A stretch of DNA of 64,000 nt from assembly GCA_034421095.1 (NCBI GenBank), contig DAOUKR010000009.1, forward strand, positions 12,694 through 76,693, read 5' to 3'. Under the pieces are notes generated by a model that was not told where the DNA came from, made no database searches, and saw nothing but the letters and a program-made list of their open reading frames with translations. Positions 52,790 to 61,168 of this stretch are shown one piece after another. The DNA comes from Dehalococcoidia bacterium (GTDB lineage: Bacteria > Chloroflexota > Dehalococcoidia > Lucifugimonadales > JAGWBF01). Both the position numbers and the translations under genes were made by a program. Position 1 is the first letter of the stretch, and the number at the start of each line of letters is the position of its first letter.

Positions 52790-53416
52790 TCAATCCAGGG
52801 GACCTGCCACGATTTTGCCGAAGGTCTTGGGCGCAGTCTCGTCCCGAAAAGGTAGGCTATGGGCGGTTGATTCCCACCCCTCTCCCGTGTCTATCTCTAT
52901 TCCCAGGCCGTCGGCTATCCTCACCATGTAGTTGTAAAGGGCGGTTATGTGGACAATGTCTATGATGTCCTCGTCCGTCCAGCCAACGTCACGTAGCCCC
53001 TGTACGTTCTCCTGCATAACACCGGCCGGGGCTTCGTTGAGAAGCTCGGCGAACTCCAGCATTGCGACCTGCTTTGGAGTCAACCCGGCGTTGTGGTAGT
53101 CGGTCCCTGCCTGTCTCGCAAGCTGGGAGTCGGGGTCCTCGGTACGCAGAAACTCTGCGTGAGCCGTGGTTCAATACTGACACCGGTTGAGGGCCGAGAC
53201 CACCGTGGCAATCATCTGCCTCTCGGCCGGAGTCAACCCTGATTCGCTCTGCATGACATTCCGATTATGGATGGAGAGGGTCTTCATAAGGTGGGGGCGG
53301 AGACTGCTGACCGACATTACGTTGTTAATCGTTCCCCTCGCTTGGAGCGCCTCGTCATACATAGCCTTGAGCTCTCCCCTGGCCTCACCGTATGGAACAG
53401 TCCGCACGTAGGGCAT
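52790..53416 (-). CDS. AhpD/carboxymuconolactone-decarboxylase-family protein, probable selenoprotein (CxxU; Sec codon TGA at 53171-53173)
   Basis: Track ORFs 53171..53416 and 52790..53083 are in the same frame. The joined translation reads ...VVSALNRCQY-U-TTAHAEFLRTEDP...LTPKQVAMLEFAELL, which places the TGA at the second Cys of the family CxxCxxxH motif. A hairpin lies 10 nt downstream. Confidence 0.7.
53144..53160 (-). promoter_or_regulatory. Candidate bacterial SECIS hairpin
   Basis: On the mRNA it reads ACGCAGA-GUU-UCUGCGU, a perfect 7-bp stem with a loop starting with G-U. It begins 10 nt 3' of the in-frame UGA. Confidence 0.55.
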
Positions 53417-53454
53417 ACTGCCACCTCCCGGAACGCACTAGCGGTGTAATCCAA

Positions 53455-54486
53455 TCACTTGAAATTCGGCATTACCTTTTCGGTGAACATCTTCATAGAG
53501 CCAAGGACGCGCTCATAAGGAATCTGCCCGCCCGTATTGAACTCCAGTATCATGCCCGATATGCCCAGTTCCTCCTTGAACTCCTGGATGCGCTCCGTAA
53601 CGTACTCGGGTGTACCGTACATGTACCTTCCGGCTTTCAATAGCTCGCTGTAAGGCATGGTGGCGCTGGCCCGGCTCCTTTCGGCTCGCTCCTCGGTAAG
53701 GGAAAAGCGGCTCGTTATCCGATAGTCATAGTCCTGTTGATGCTTGACGCTGGCCTCAGGCTCGGAGTGGGCCTTCTCGGTGGTCTCCGCCACGTAGACG
53801 GCAAGGCGCATATTTGCGTCGGGCTCGCCCGGATGTCCAGCCTCCTTCCATGCCTTCCGGTACTCTATCAGCTGTTCTTTTAGCTGTGGAATGGGAGCAC
53901 CGGCAAAGAAGGAGATGTTGTACCCCATGCTTCCCAATAGTGGGAAGGTGTCTGCACTTAGAGTACCGATGCGTATGGGCGGGTGGGGCTTCTGATACGG
54001 CTTGGGCACTATGGTAACGTCGTCAAAGTGCCAGTACTGGCCGTGGTGGGAGAAGGTCTCGTTGTTCCACGCCTTCAAGACAACCTCCAGCCCTTCGAAG
54101 AAGCGGTCCCGAGTCTCGGCATATTCCATGTTGAAACCCCGGTAGAACATGGTCAAGGCGCTGCGCCCTATGCCAAACTCGAACCTCCCCTGACTGATGT
54201 GGTCAAGTATCGCGGCTTGCTCGGCCATGTTCAAAGGATGAATCAACGGAACTACAAATACTGCCCCTCCAATCCTTATCCTTTCGGTGCGGGATGCAAT
54301 GGCAGTGCCAATCAGGAGCGGAGAGGACAGCAGGGAGCGTTCGGGGGCGAAGTGGTATTCCGCCAGCCAGACGGAGTCGAACCCCATCTTCTCCGCCATC
54401 ACTGCCTCGTCCAGATGCTCCATGTAGGCGTCGTTTTGAGTCTTACCTTCCCGCACGTGGAACTCGGTGAATATGCCGAACTCCAT
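53455..54486 (-). CDS. Luciferase-like (LLM class) flavin-dependent monooxygenase
   Basis: Start at MEFGIFTEF (cat at 54484-54486, AAGGAG upstream). The track's 114-aa N-terminal extension is translated repeat/intergenic sequence. GFDSVWLAEYHF is the typical LLM motif. Confidence 0.8.
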   Translation of the reverse strand: MEFGIFTEFHVREGKTQNDAYMEHLDEAVMAEKMGFDSVWLAEYHFAPERSLLSSPLLIGTAIASRTERIRIGGAVFVVPLIHPLNMAEQAAILDHISQGRFEFGIGRSALTMFYRGFNMEYAETRDRFFEGLEVVLKAWNNETFSHHGQYWHFDDVTIVPKPYQKPHPPIRIGTLSADTFPLLGSMGYNISFFAGAPIPQLKEQLIEYRKAWKEAGHPGEPDANMRLAVYVAETTEKAHSEPEASVKHQQDYDYRITSRFSLTEERAERSRASATMPYSELLKAGRYMYGTPEYVTERIQEFKEELGISGMILEFNTGGQIPYERVLGSMKMFTEKVMPNFK

Positions 54487-54666
54487 AAATTTCTCCTTTC
54501 GTTTCCCTTTTGCAGGTTTGTTACCGAAGATTCCCTGCTTCAGATTGCGCCTGCGTATGCGAAGAGCACTCGCGTCCGAAGCCGGGACTGGCTTGACATT
54601 AAAGAGTGTAGTAGGACGCCAAGGCTCTGTCAATCCCCATACCCTTTTGAGAAAGCTCTGGATAAC

Positions 54667-54693
54667 GTCATTCCGACCTTGAGCCGGAATGAC
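54667..54693. repeat. Short palindromic repeat hairpin (GTCATTCCG...CGGAATGAC type)
   Basis: GTCATTCCG-accttgagc-CGGAATGAC. It is related by its ATTCC/GGAAT arms to the hairpins at 56866-57070. Confidence 0.55.
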
Positions 54694-54735
54694 GAGGGTG
54701 GGGGTATGGCGCAGCGGGGGAGGAAGCGATGTGGC

Positions 54736-54772
54736 TGAAAAACTACTAGGGCGACCATTTCTGGTCGCCCTA
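54736..54772 (-). terminator. Intrinsic terminator after the substrate-binding protein gene
   Basis: On the minus strand TAGGGCGACCA-GAAA-TGGTCGCCCTA forms an 11-bp perfect stem, followed by GTAGTTTTTC. Confidence 0.65.
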
Positions 54773-54842
54773 GGGCTAACGTCTTCTTTGAGGCGTCGTG
54801 GGCTTCCGGTGCTTACGTCACCTCGCATCCAACCTGGTGTAC

Positions 54843-56687
54843 CTAGTTACACGCCGGGTCACACCAGATATGCTCCCACTTGTATATCTGGGCGTAGGCC
54901 GAGGGGTTAATATGGAAGTTCTGAATACTGTCGTCGGCGTACATGAACCTTATCACCCAGTAGAGGGGCACCCAGGGGACCTCTTCAAGGATGATGTCCG
55001 CCGCCTCTATGGACAGCGCCCTTCTCTTATCCCGGTCAAACTCCCGTGTCTGCAGCTCGTATAGCTCGTCTATCCTCGGCGGAGGAGCCGAGCGGGAGAA
55101 TCTCCGGTAACTCGCGCCCGTCCTGTATTGCTGGGTGAACATATCCTCAGGGTCATGAATCACGAGACCGGAGCTAGAGGTATGGGCCTCATAGTCTCCG
55201 GAGTCACGTCGCTGTGAGTAAGTGTTGACTTCAACATTATCGAGGCTAAGGTCAACTCCCAGCGTCCTTCTCCACTGGTCAGCTACAACCTCACCAACTT
55301 CTTTAACGCCCAACAGACCGTGAGTCATCATGGTGGAACTGAATCCATCGGGGAATCCGGCTTCAGCCATCAGCCTCTTTGCCTCGGCCAGGTCGTCGGG
55401 GTGCTTCTCTCCGTTGACCTCTCTGAAGCCGGGTAGCTGGACCACTTCTTCCTCAGACGGGGCGAACCAGAACCCGGGAGGCAGAGGGTAACCCATGGTC
55501 GCTTGCCCATTGGTCGTGAGTTCTATTATGGGCTGACGGTGAAGCGCCAGGTGAAGCGCCTTCCTCACCCTTGGGTCGGCCCAGGGTTCCCTCTCGTGGT
55601 TGGTATGTATCTGCATGACGCTGGCAGGACCATGCCAGTGTATCCTACCACCTTGGACCTCTTCACCAAGTCGTATGGCATCGGAGTTGGGCATCACTGA
55701 TACCATCGAGGTGGACATGAGGGTCTGTCCCGTCTTGTAGGCTGCAAAGGAGGACGCTGAATTGCCAACGATGTACCATATCATGCCGTCAAGGTAGGGC
55801 CGCCCCTCTTTCCAGTAATTTGTGTTCCTGGTGTACTCAATGGCGATGTCCTTCTGATAATTCTTCAGGGTGAAGGGGCCCGACCCCAGGATGTTCCCCA
55901 CAAGCTTCATGTCCACGCCAGTTTCCACGTGGTGCTTGGGGAGAATCGCCATTTGCCCAAGGGCAAGATATGGAAGGAAGGCCACTGCAGGGTAGTCCAT
56001 GTTCACTTTAATCGTATAGTCGTCTATTATCTCGGAGTCTTTGTAGTAAGGGTCTAGGAGGAGGGGACTGACGCCGCCCCTAGTCTCGTCGCGGTTCACC
56101 GACCAGTCCAAGCTGAACTTGACGTCGGCGGCCGTAAGAGGGGTGCCGTCGTGCCACATGGCGTTCTCATCCAGCGTGAAGGTATAGGAGAGGCTGTCGT
56201 CGCCCAACGTCCAGGTCTTGGCCACGTCGCCCCTCAAGTCAACCGGGTCATCGGTCTCGGGGTTGTACTCGATAAGGTTGTTATACATAGGTTCGTTGAC
56301 AACTTGTTGGGTGAATGTGCCCTCATAGCCGGACCAGTGCCCCGGGGAGGCATAGTGCTGCATGGTGAGAACGCCGCCCCTGGGGATAACAACTTCCGGC
56401 TCCGGCGTAGGAGTGGGGACCGGGGTAGGCAGGGCGATCCTTGTCGTCGGCGTCGGCTCCGGCGTCGGCTGAGGGGTCTCACCAGGCGCCAATGTCGGCG
56501 TTGGCGCAGGGGTATTGGTGGGTTCAGGAGTATTGGTGGGCACAGGAGTGTCAGTGGGTAGCGCGATGGTTGGTGGTGGTGTGGCAGTGGGGTCTTCCCC
56601 ACCTCCGCACGCTACGGCCAGTATCAAGACTAAAGCCAAGGGTACGAAGAGCAGGAACTTGGTCTTGAACATCCAACTAGGAGACAT
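54843..56687 (-). CDS. ABC transporter substrate-binding lipoprotein, family 5 (peptide/nickel/opine type) with a Thr/Pro-rich tether
   Basis: Start at MSPSWMFKTKF (GGAGGTG upstream). The lipobox is LAVACGG. A PT-rich linker of ~90 aa is followed by an SBP_bac_5-like body (WHDGTPLTAADVKFS, NTNYWKEGRPYLD). Confidence 0.8.
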   Translation of the reverse strand: MSPSWMFKTKFLLFVPLALVLILAVACGGGEDPTATPPPTIALPTDTPVPTNTPEPTNTPAPTPTLAPGETPQPTPEPTPTTRIALPTPVPTPTPEPEVVIPRGGVLTMQHYASPGHWSGYEGTFTQQVVNEPMYNNLIEYNPETDDPVDLRGDVAKTWTLGDDSLSYTFTLDENAMWHDGTPLTAADVKFSLDWSVNRDETRGGVSPLLLDPYYKDSEIIDDYTIKVNMDYPAVAFLPYLALGQMAILPKHHVETGVDMKLVGNILGSGPFTLKNYQKDIAIEYTRNTNYWKEGRPYLDGMIWYIVGNSASSFAAYKTGQTLMSTSMVSVMPNSDAIRLGEEVQGGRIHWHGPASVMQIHTNHEREPWADPRVRKALHLALHRQPIIELTTNGQATMGYPLPPGFWFAPSEEEVVQLPGFREVNGEKHPDDLAEAKRLMAEAGFPDGFSSTMMTHGLLGVKEVGEVVADQWRRTLGVDLSLDNVEVNTYSQRRDSGDYEAHTSSSGLVIHDPEDMFTQQYRTGASYRRFSRSAPPPRIDELYELQTREFDRDKRRALSIEAADIILEEVPWVPLYWVIRFMYADDSIQNFHINPSAYAQIYKWEHIWCDPACN

Positions 56688-56865
56688 AAATGCACCTCCA
56701 TGAACTTTCGCCGCTTTGGCAGGCCTACAACCTGTTTTGATTCCACGATAAGCTATCATACTGCTCACAGTCATGTCAACAGGTTTTACCCATTTAATCA
56801 TGACCTTTCACTTGTCACCCCAACCCACACTCGTAGTGACATGAGTGGGCCAGCCTCAATATGTC

Positions 56866-57065
56866 ATTCCTCATCCGCCTGTGGCGGATGAGGAATCCAA
56901 GATACCCGGTTCGGACCCGCCTACCGTCAAGGTTGAGAGGGCCAAGTCCATAAATTCTTCGCTACGCTCGGAATGACCGGGAATAGGCACTCGGAGTGAC
57001 GGATGCGAGGTCGGACAAGAACGGATGGATTCCTGCTCAATGCTTGCCCCGTACTTGATACGGGG
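56866..57065. repeat. Cluster of palindromic repeat hairpins in the 576-nt spacer inside the ABC operon
   Basis: ATTCCTCATCCGCC-tgt-GGCGGATGAGGAAT (56866-56896) has 14-bp arms. GGAATGACCGGGAATAGG follows. CCCCGTA-cttga-TACGGGG is at 57047-57065. Together they produce the spurious ORF 56871..57197. Confidence 0.6.
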
Positions 57066-57263
57066 GCCGGAATGGCCAATAAGAAGAGCCAGAACCCAGG
57101 GAGCAAGAGGGTGTAAAGCCTCTGACGTGTCGTGGGGGCGAGTCTGACACTCCCCTACAGAAGGCAATCCTACCAGATTGGCAAGTAGGTGCTGCAAAGG
57201 ACTGAAAGAGTCCGGCGTGATTCCCGAATGTTGACCTTCGGAATCTTATTCAGGGATTGGGGT

Positions 57264-58217
57264 TTAAGTGGTTCCCCGTAGGCGAGGATCCAGAACGTCC
57301 CGGAGGGAATCTCCCAGCAGGTTCCATGCAAACACAACAATGGCTATGGCCAATCCGGGGAATACACCCAACCAGGGCGCCACGCTCACGTAGTTCTGAG
57401 ATGCTCCGGTCAGCATACCACCCCAAGATGGCGTGTCAGGGGAAACGCCAATGCCAAGGAAGCTCAGGGATGCCTCCGCTATAATCGCGACTCCCAGGGA
57501 TATAGTAGCCAGAACGATGAAGGTGGCGGAACAGTTGGGGACCATGTGCCGGAGGATGATACGCCAGTCACTGGCTCCCACGGCCCGCGCCGATAACACG
57601 TAGTCCATCTCTTTTATGCTGAGGGCCTGGGAGCGGATGGTCCGGGCCGCGCCCGGTACGAACACTATAGTTAGAGCTATTATCACGTTGGTCGTGGATG
57701 CCCCGAGGGCGGCCATGATGGCCAATGCAAGAAGGAGGAAGGGGAAGGCTTGGAGCGCATCCACAATCCTCTGTATGGTGAGGTCCACAATTCCGCCAAA
57801 ATAGGCTGTTGCAATGCCTATCAGGAAGCCTGCCGTTGTTCCGAACATCACGCTGAGCAAGCCTACCAGAAGGGAGACCTGTGAGCCATAAACAAGCCTG
57901 CTGAATACGTCGCGGCCAAGGGAGTCTCCCCCTAGAATCCTCTCCGACGCACCGGGACCGGCAAATTTATGACTGACGTCGGTCTCACGGGGGTCGGCGG
58001 TTGCGATCCAAGGAGCAAATACAGCGAACACTATGAGGACGACGGCTACCATCGCCCCGAAAGCACCCAGGGGCTTCCGTCTGAAAAAGGTGCCTACGTT
58101 GCTCATGTAACGCCAGGCGGCAGCCCTTGCCCTGGCCCGACTGATACCAGAACCGGGAAGGGTCACTAGGTCAACTCTCTCCTGGCTCATTCCGCCTCCT
58201 AGCTGATAGTAATCCAC
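57264..58217 (-). CDS. ABC transporter permease (DppC/OppC-like)
   Basis: It has an N-terminal extension followed by six TM helices, with the EAA-type loop SQALSIKEMDYVLSARAVGAS. Confidence 0.85.
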   Translation of the reverse strand: MDYYQLGGGMSQERVDLVTLPGSGISRARARAAAWRYMSNVGTFFRRKPLGAFGAMVAVVLIVFAVFAPWIATADPRETDVSHKFAGPGASERILGGDSLGRDVFSRLVYGSQVSLLVGLLSVMFGTTAGFLIGIATAYFGGIVDLTIQRIVDALQAFPFLLLALAIMAALGASTTNVIIALTIVFVPGAARTIRSQALSIKEMDYVLSARAVGASDWRIILRHMVPNCSATFIVLATISLGVAIIAEASLSFLGIGVSPDTPSWGGMLTGASQNYVSVAPWLGVFPGLAIAIVVFAWNLLGDSLRDVLDPRLRGTT

Positions 58218-58229
58218 TCGTCAACGCGC

Positions 58230-59189
58230 TTACTGGTATCGGATTCTGGGGTCCAGCCAACCATAGATGAGGTCGGTGACAAGATTCAGCGCCACCACCA
58301 GGAAGGTGACCACCATAACCGCCGCCTGGGTCTGTGTGTAGTCTCTCTGGGTGATGCTATCGAGCATGAATTTGCCAACTCCAGGCACGTTGAACATGCT
58401 CTCTATAATTACCGAGCCGGATATGAGGAACCCAAATTGCCAACCGGAGACGGTGACCACCGGCAGAAGGGCGTTCCTCAGAGCGTGACGGGCAATCACC
58501 CATCTCTCGGAGAGGCCCTTGGCCCGGGCAGTCCGTATGTAGTCCTCCCGGAATACCTCCAGCATCGCAGAGCGGGTCAGACGGGCAATGAAGGCCATGT
58601 TGAAAAAGCCCAGGGCTATGGCCGGGAAGATAAGCTGTTGAAGGTTTTTCAGGGGGTCTTCCCATATATCAACGTAGCCTAGTGGAGGCAGCCAGTCGAA
58701 CACAAGGACAAGGAAGAATATCAGAAGGATACCGGTCCAGAAGGTGGGCATCGCCACCCCTGCTATGGCTATAACCCTGGCTATATAGTCGCCGATTTTG
58801 TCCTGGTTGACAGCCGAGAAAACTCCTAAAGGCACAGCTACCACGGAGGCCATGATTAACGCCAGGATAGCCAACTCAATGGTGATGGGGAATCTGTCCT
58901 TGAGGTCTTCGGAAATGGGGGTGCTCTGAAGAAGGGACGTGCCAAAGTCCAGCCGGAGCATGTCCCATACCCAGTTGCCATACTGCACCACGATATGCCT
59001 GTCCGTTCCCAGCTTCGCCCGCAGGGCATCAAGGTCCTCCTGGGTATAGCTTGCATCTCCCAAGGCTCCCGAGAGAAGCTGGATGGCAGGGTCGCCGGGA
59101 ATGAGGCGCATGATGACAAAGACGACTATGGAGATTAGTATCATAGTCGGAATGAACAGCAGCAGCCTTTTTATTACATAGGTGTGCAT
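58230..59189 (-). CDS. ABC transporter permease (DppB/OppB-like)
   Basis: MHTYVIKRLLLFIPTMILISIVVF is a typical DppB N-terminus. The EAA loop is REDYIRTARAKGLSER. Confidence 0.85.
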   Translation of the reverse strand: MHTYVIKRLLLFIPTMILISIVVFVIMRLIPGDPAIQLLSGALGDASYTQEDLDALRAKLGTDRHIVVQYGNWVWDMLRLDFGTSLLQSTPISEDLKDRFPITIELAILALIMASVVAVPLGVFSAVNQDKIGDYIARVIAIAGVAMPTFWTGILLIFFLVLVFDWLPPLGYVDIWEDPLKNLQQLIFPAIALGFFNMAFIARLTRSAMLEVFREDYIRTARAKGLSERWVIARHALRNALLPVVTVSGWQFGFLISGSVIIESMFNVPGVGKFMLDSITQRDYTQTQAAVMVVTFLVVALNLVTDLIYGWLDPRIRYQ

Positions 59190-59293
59190 CTGTACCTCTG
59201 TGCCCGAATTCCCGGCAGTGGCAGTAAACTAGCCGGTATCAGGCGCCGATAGTATAAGCATGCAGGCAGGAGAACTGGAATCGTTATGATGCA

Positions 59294-59322
59294 ATATATA
59301 TAATTCGCCACGGGGTTGTCAA
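59294..59322 (-). promoter_or_regulatory. Candidate promoter for the ABC permease genes
   Basis: The minus strand reads TTGACA (59322-59317), a 17-nt spacer, then ATATAT (59299-59294), directly after the transglutaminase stop. Confidence 0.4.
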
Positions 59323-59325
59323 TAA

Positions 59326-60192
59326 TCACCCCGCACGAACCCGCACGTCCACCTCAAGCCGAGACTCTCCGCCTCCCAGAAAGATACCCCTCACCGGAGC
59401 CACGTCCTGATAATCGCGACCAACTGCCACTGGAACGTGCCGCTCATCAGCCAGGCACCGGTTGGTGGGGTCAAAGCCTACCCAGCCTAGGTCGGGCAGA
59501 AGACATTCCACCCAGGCATGGGTGGCCCTTTGGGACGACTCCTCGCTGCCCTCCTGGTCATCCATGTACAGGTAGCCAGAGACATACCGGGTCGGGATGT
59601 GCCAGGAACGAGCAATGGCAACCATTACGTGGGCGTAGTCCTGACAGACTCCTTCCCTGGATTCCAGGATGTGCTGAATGGGAGAGACTGCCGACGTGCT
59701 ACCCGGGACGTACCGGAAGCTGCGGTAGAGGATATCCGAAAGACGTACCAGCGTCTCCAGCGGGTCGCTTCCTGACCTGATGCTCAACTCGTCCACCAAG
59801 GCGGTGAGGGCTGGAGAAGGTCCAGCCAGGGCGCTGGGGTGAGTGAAGTCCCAGTGAGTGAACGTTTCCGCCCATGAACGAATCTCCTCCCAGGCGTTGT
59901 CACCCAGAGAATCAGGCATCGGTGCAGCCGGCTTCCGTTCAACGGTGGATCGGGCGGTAATTTCCAGGGCTTCGTGTTCCTGGTAGATATTCAGGACTTG
60001 TTTCGTGTTGCCAAAAGAGTCCGTCTCGCTGTTTAGTGACGCTCCGGGAACCGTTGCCACGCCAAACTTCAAGAGCCTTTGCTCGGTGTCATCCCGGGGC
60101 TTCAGGCGGAGGGACAGTGCGCAGTGCTGCACGGGTGACGAGTACAGGTAGCGGGAGACGTGCTCAATCTCGTAGAGTGCAGGGACTCTCAT
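59326..60192 (-). CDS. Transglutaminase-like cysteine protease family protein
   Basis: It has an N-terminal Bact_transglu_N-like region. The core carries the catalytic Cys context GVCQDYAHVMVAIARSWHIPTRYVSGY, followed by HAWVE and GFDPTN (Cys-His-Asp). Confidence 0.8.
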   Translation of the reverse strand: MRVPALYEIEHVSRYLYSSPVQHCALSLRLKPRDDTEQRLLKFGVATVPGASLNSETDSFGNTKQVLNIYQEHEALEITARSTVERKPAAPMPDSLGDNAWEEIRSWAETFTHWDFTHPSALAGPSPALTALVDELSIRSGSDPLETLVRLSDILYRSFRYVPGSTSAVSPIQHILESREGVCQDYAHVMVAIARSWHIPTRYVSGYLYMDDQEGSEESSQRATHAWVECLLPDLGWVGFDPTNRCLADERHVPVAVGRDYQDVAPVRGIFLGGGESRLEVDVRVRAG

Positions 60193-60195
60193 AAG

Positions 60196-61164
60196 CTAGC
60201 GTCCAGGGAAATCTTCCACCGGATAATCAAAATATGCCGCAGTTACAAGATGGTGCAACTCCCGGCAGTAGTCCCGCATCTGCAGCAACAGGTCATAGCG
60301 GTCCTCCCTGTCGGGCCAATCGTAATGAATCAGCGCCGCCATACGGCCTGCTAGTCGCCTGGCTGCACCGCTGGCCCTCGAGTTTGGACCGGTACCAATA
60401 GACGCCAGGTCCGATGCCGTCCTGTCCAGGGACCTGCAAAGTGAGTCCGGCAGCAGGGGGTCTGTAGCCAGCAGGTCCAACACCTGGCCTGGATGCACTT
60501 CAACGCTATAGCTGCGGTTGTAGGCTTCAATAGCATGGCAAACGCGTAACAGGCTCGTCCAGTCCGATTCGAAGTACTCCTCGGTCTGCGAGTCGGCGGC
60601 CAGTTGGGACAGGAACAATGAAGTGGACAATTGGGCCCGCTCAATAAAACGACCAAGCTGCATGAAACGCCAGCCTTCGTCGCGGTACATGGTGGCGGCG
60701 GCGACACCGGAGAAGGTGTTCATTTCCGCGGCAGTTTCCGCATAGAAACCCTCGGGAGAAGCCAGCCAGATGTCTTGGATGGCTAGCTTCTGAATTCGTA
60801 GATAAGCCAGGTTGAGGCTGGTCCACAACTCGCTGCTAATGCAGTGGCGCATCTGCCGGGCGTTCTCCCGACCCGCGGCGAAACAACTCCATATCGAATC
60901 CGGGTTGGAACGCTCAAAGGTCAGGTCGTCGGCCAGGGTGTAGGAGTCGGCCAGGGTGTAGTCGTCACTACTGGACATCTGCAGACTGCCCCCCGGGGGT
61001 ATCCTGTTGATTCCGTTGTAGATGCGTGTCCAACCGAAGTGGATGTCGCGGATGGGGCGGTCCACCAAGGCTTCAGTCTGCAACCGTAACAGGCGGCAGA
61101 GGAACTCCGCCCGTTCCAGGTAACGTCCCATCCAGTAGAGGCCCTGCGCACTGCGTGAAAGCAT
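60196..61164 (-). CDS. Alpha-E domain protein (DUF403)
   Basis: I prefer the start MLSRSAQGLYWMGRYLERAE, the hallmark alpha-E N-terminus, whose ATG lies 4 nt after the ATP-grasp stop. A second ...RFIERA repeat occurs mid-protein. Confidence 0.75.
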   Translation of the reverse strand: MLSRSAQGLYWMGRYLERAEFLCRLLRLQTEALVDRPIRDIHFGWTRIYNGINRIPPGGSLQMSSSDDYTLADSYTLADDLTFERSNPDSIWSCFAAGRENARQMRHCISSELWTSLNLAYLRIQKLAIQDIWLASPEGFYAETAAEMNTFSGVAAATMYRDEGWRFMQLGRFIERAQLSTSLFLSQLAADSQTEEYFESDWTSLLRVCHAIEAYNRSYSVEVHPGQVLDLLATDPLLPDSLCRSLDRTASDLASIGTGPNSRASGAARRLAGRMAALIHYDWPDREDRYDLLLQMRDYCRELHHLVTAAYFDYPVEDFPGR

Positions 61165-61168
61165 CAGT

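Noticed and set aside
53983-54738. 251-aa plus-strand ORF opposite the LLM monooxygenase, and the 114-aa N-terminal extension of track ORF 53455..54828
   Set aside because: The antisense ORF has no motifs. The extension translates intergenic repeat and terminator sequence (VIPAQGRNDV from the 54667-54693 hairpin), and a good AAGGAG-ATG start exists at 54486.
56390-56610. Imperfect tandem DNA repeats (ggcgtcggctccggcgtcggct..., ggtattggtgggttcaggagtattggtgggcac...) that could suggest a CRISPR or VNTR locus
   Set aside because: They lie inside the binding-protein ORF and encode its Thr/Pro-rich tether. There is no repeat-spacer architecture.
56871-57197. 108-aa ORF in the ABC operon spacer
   Set aside because: It is composed of translated palindromic repeats (e.g. 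IPGHSERSEEF, GPRIKYGAS) and has no start context.
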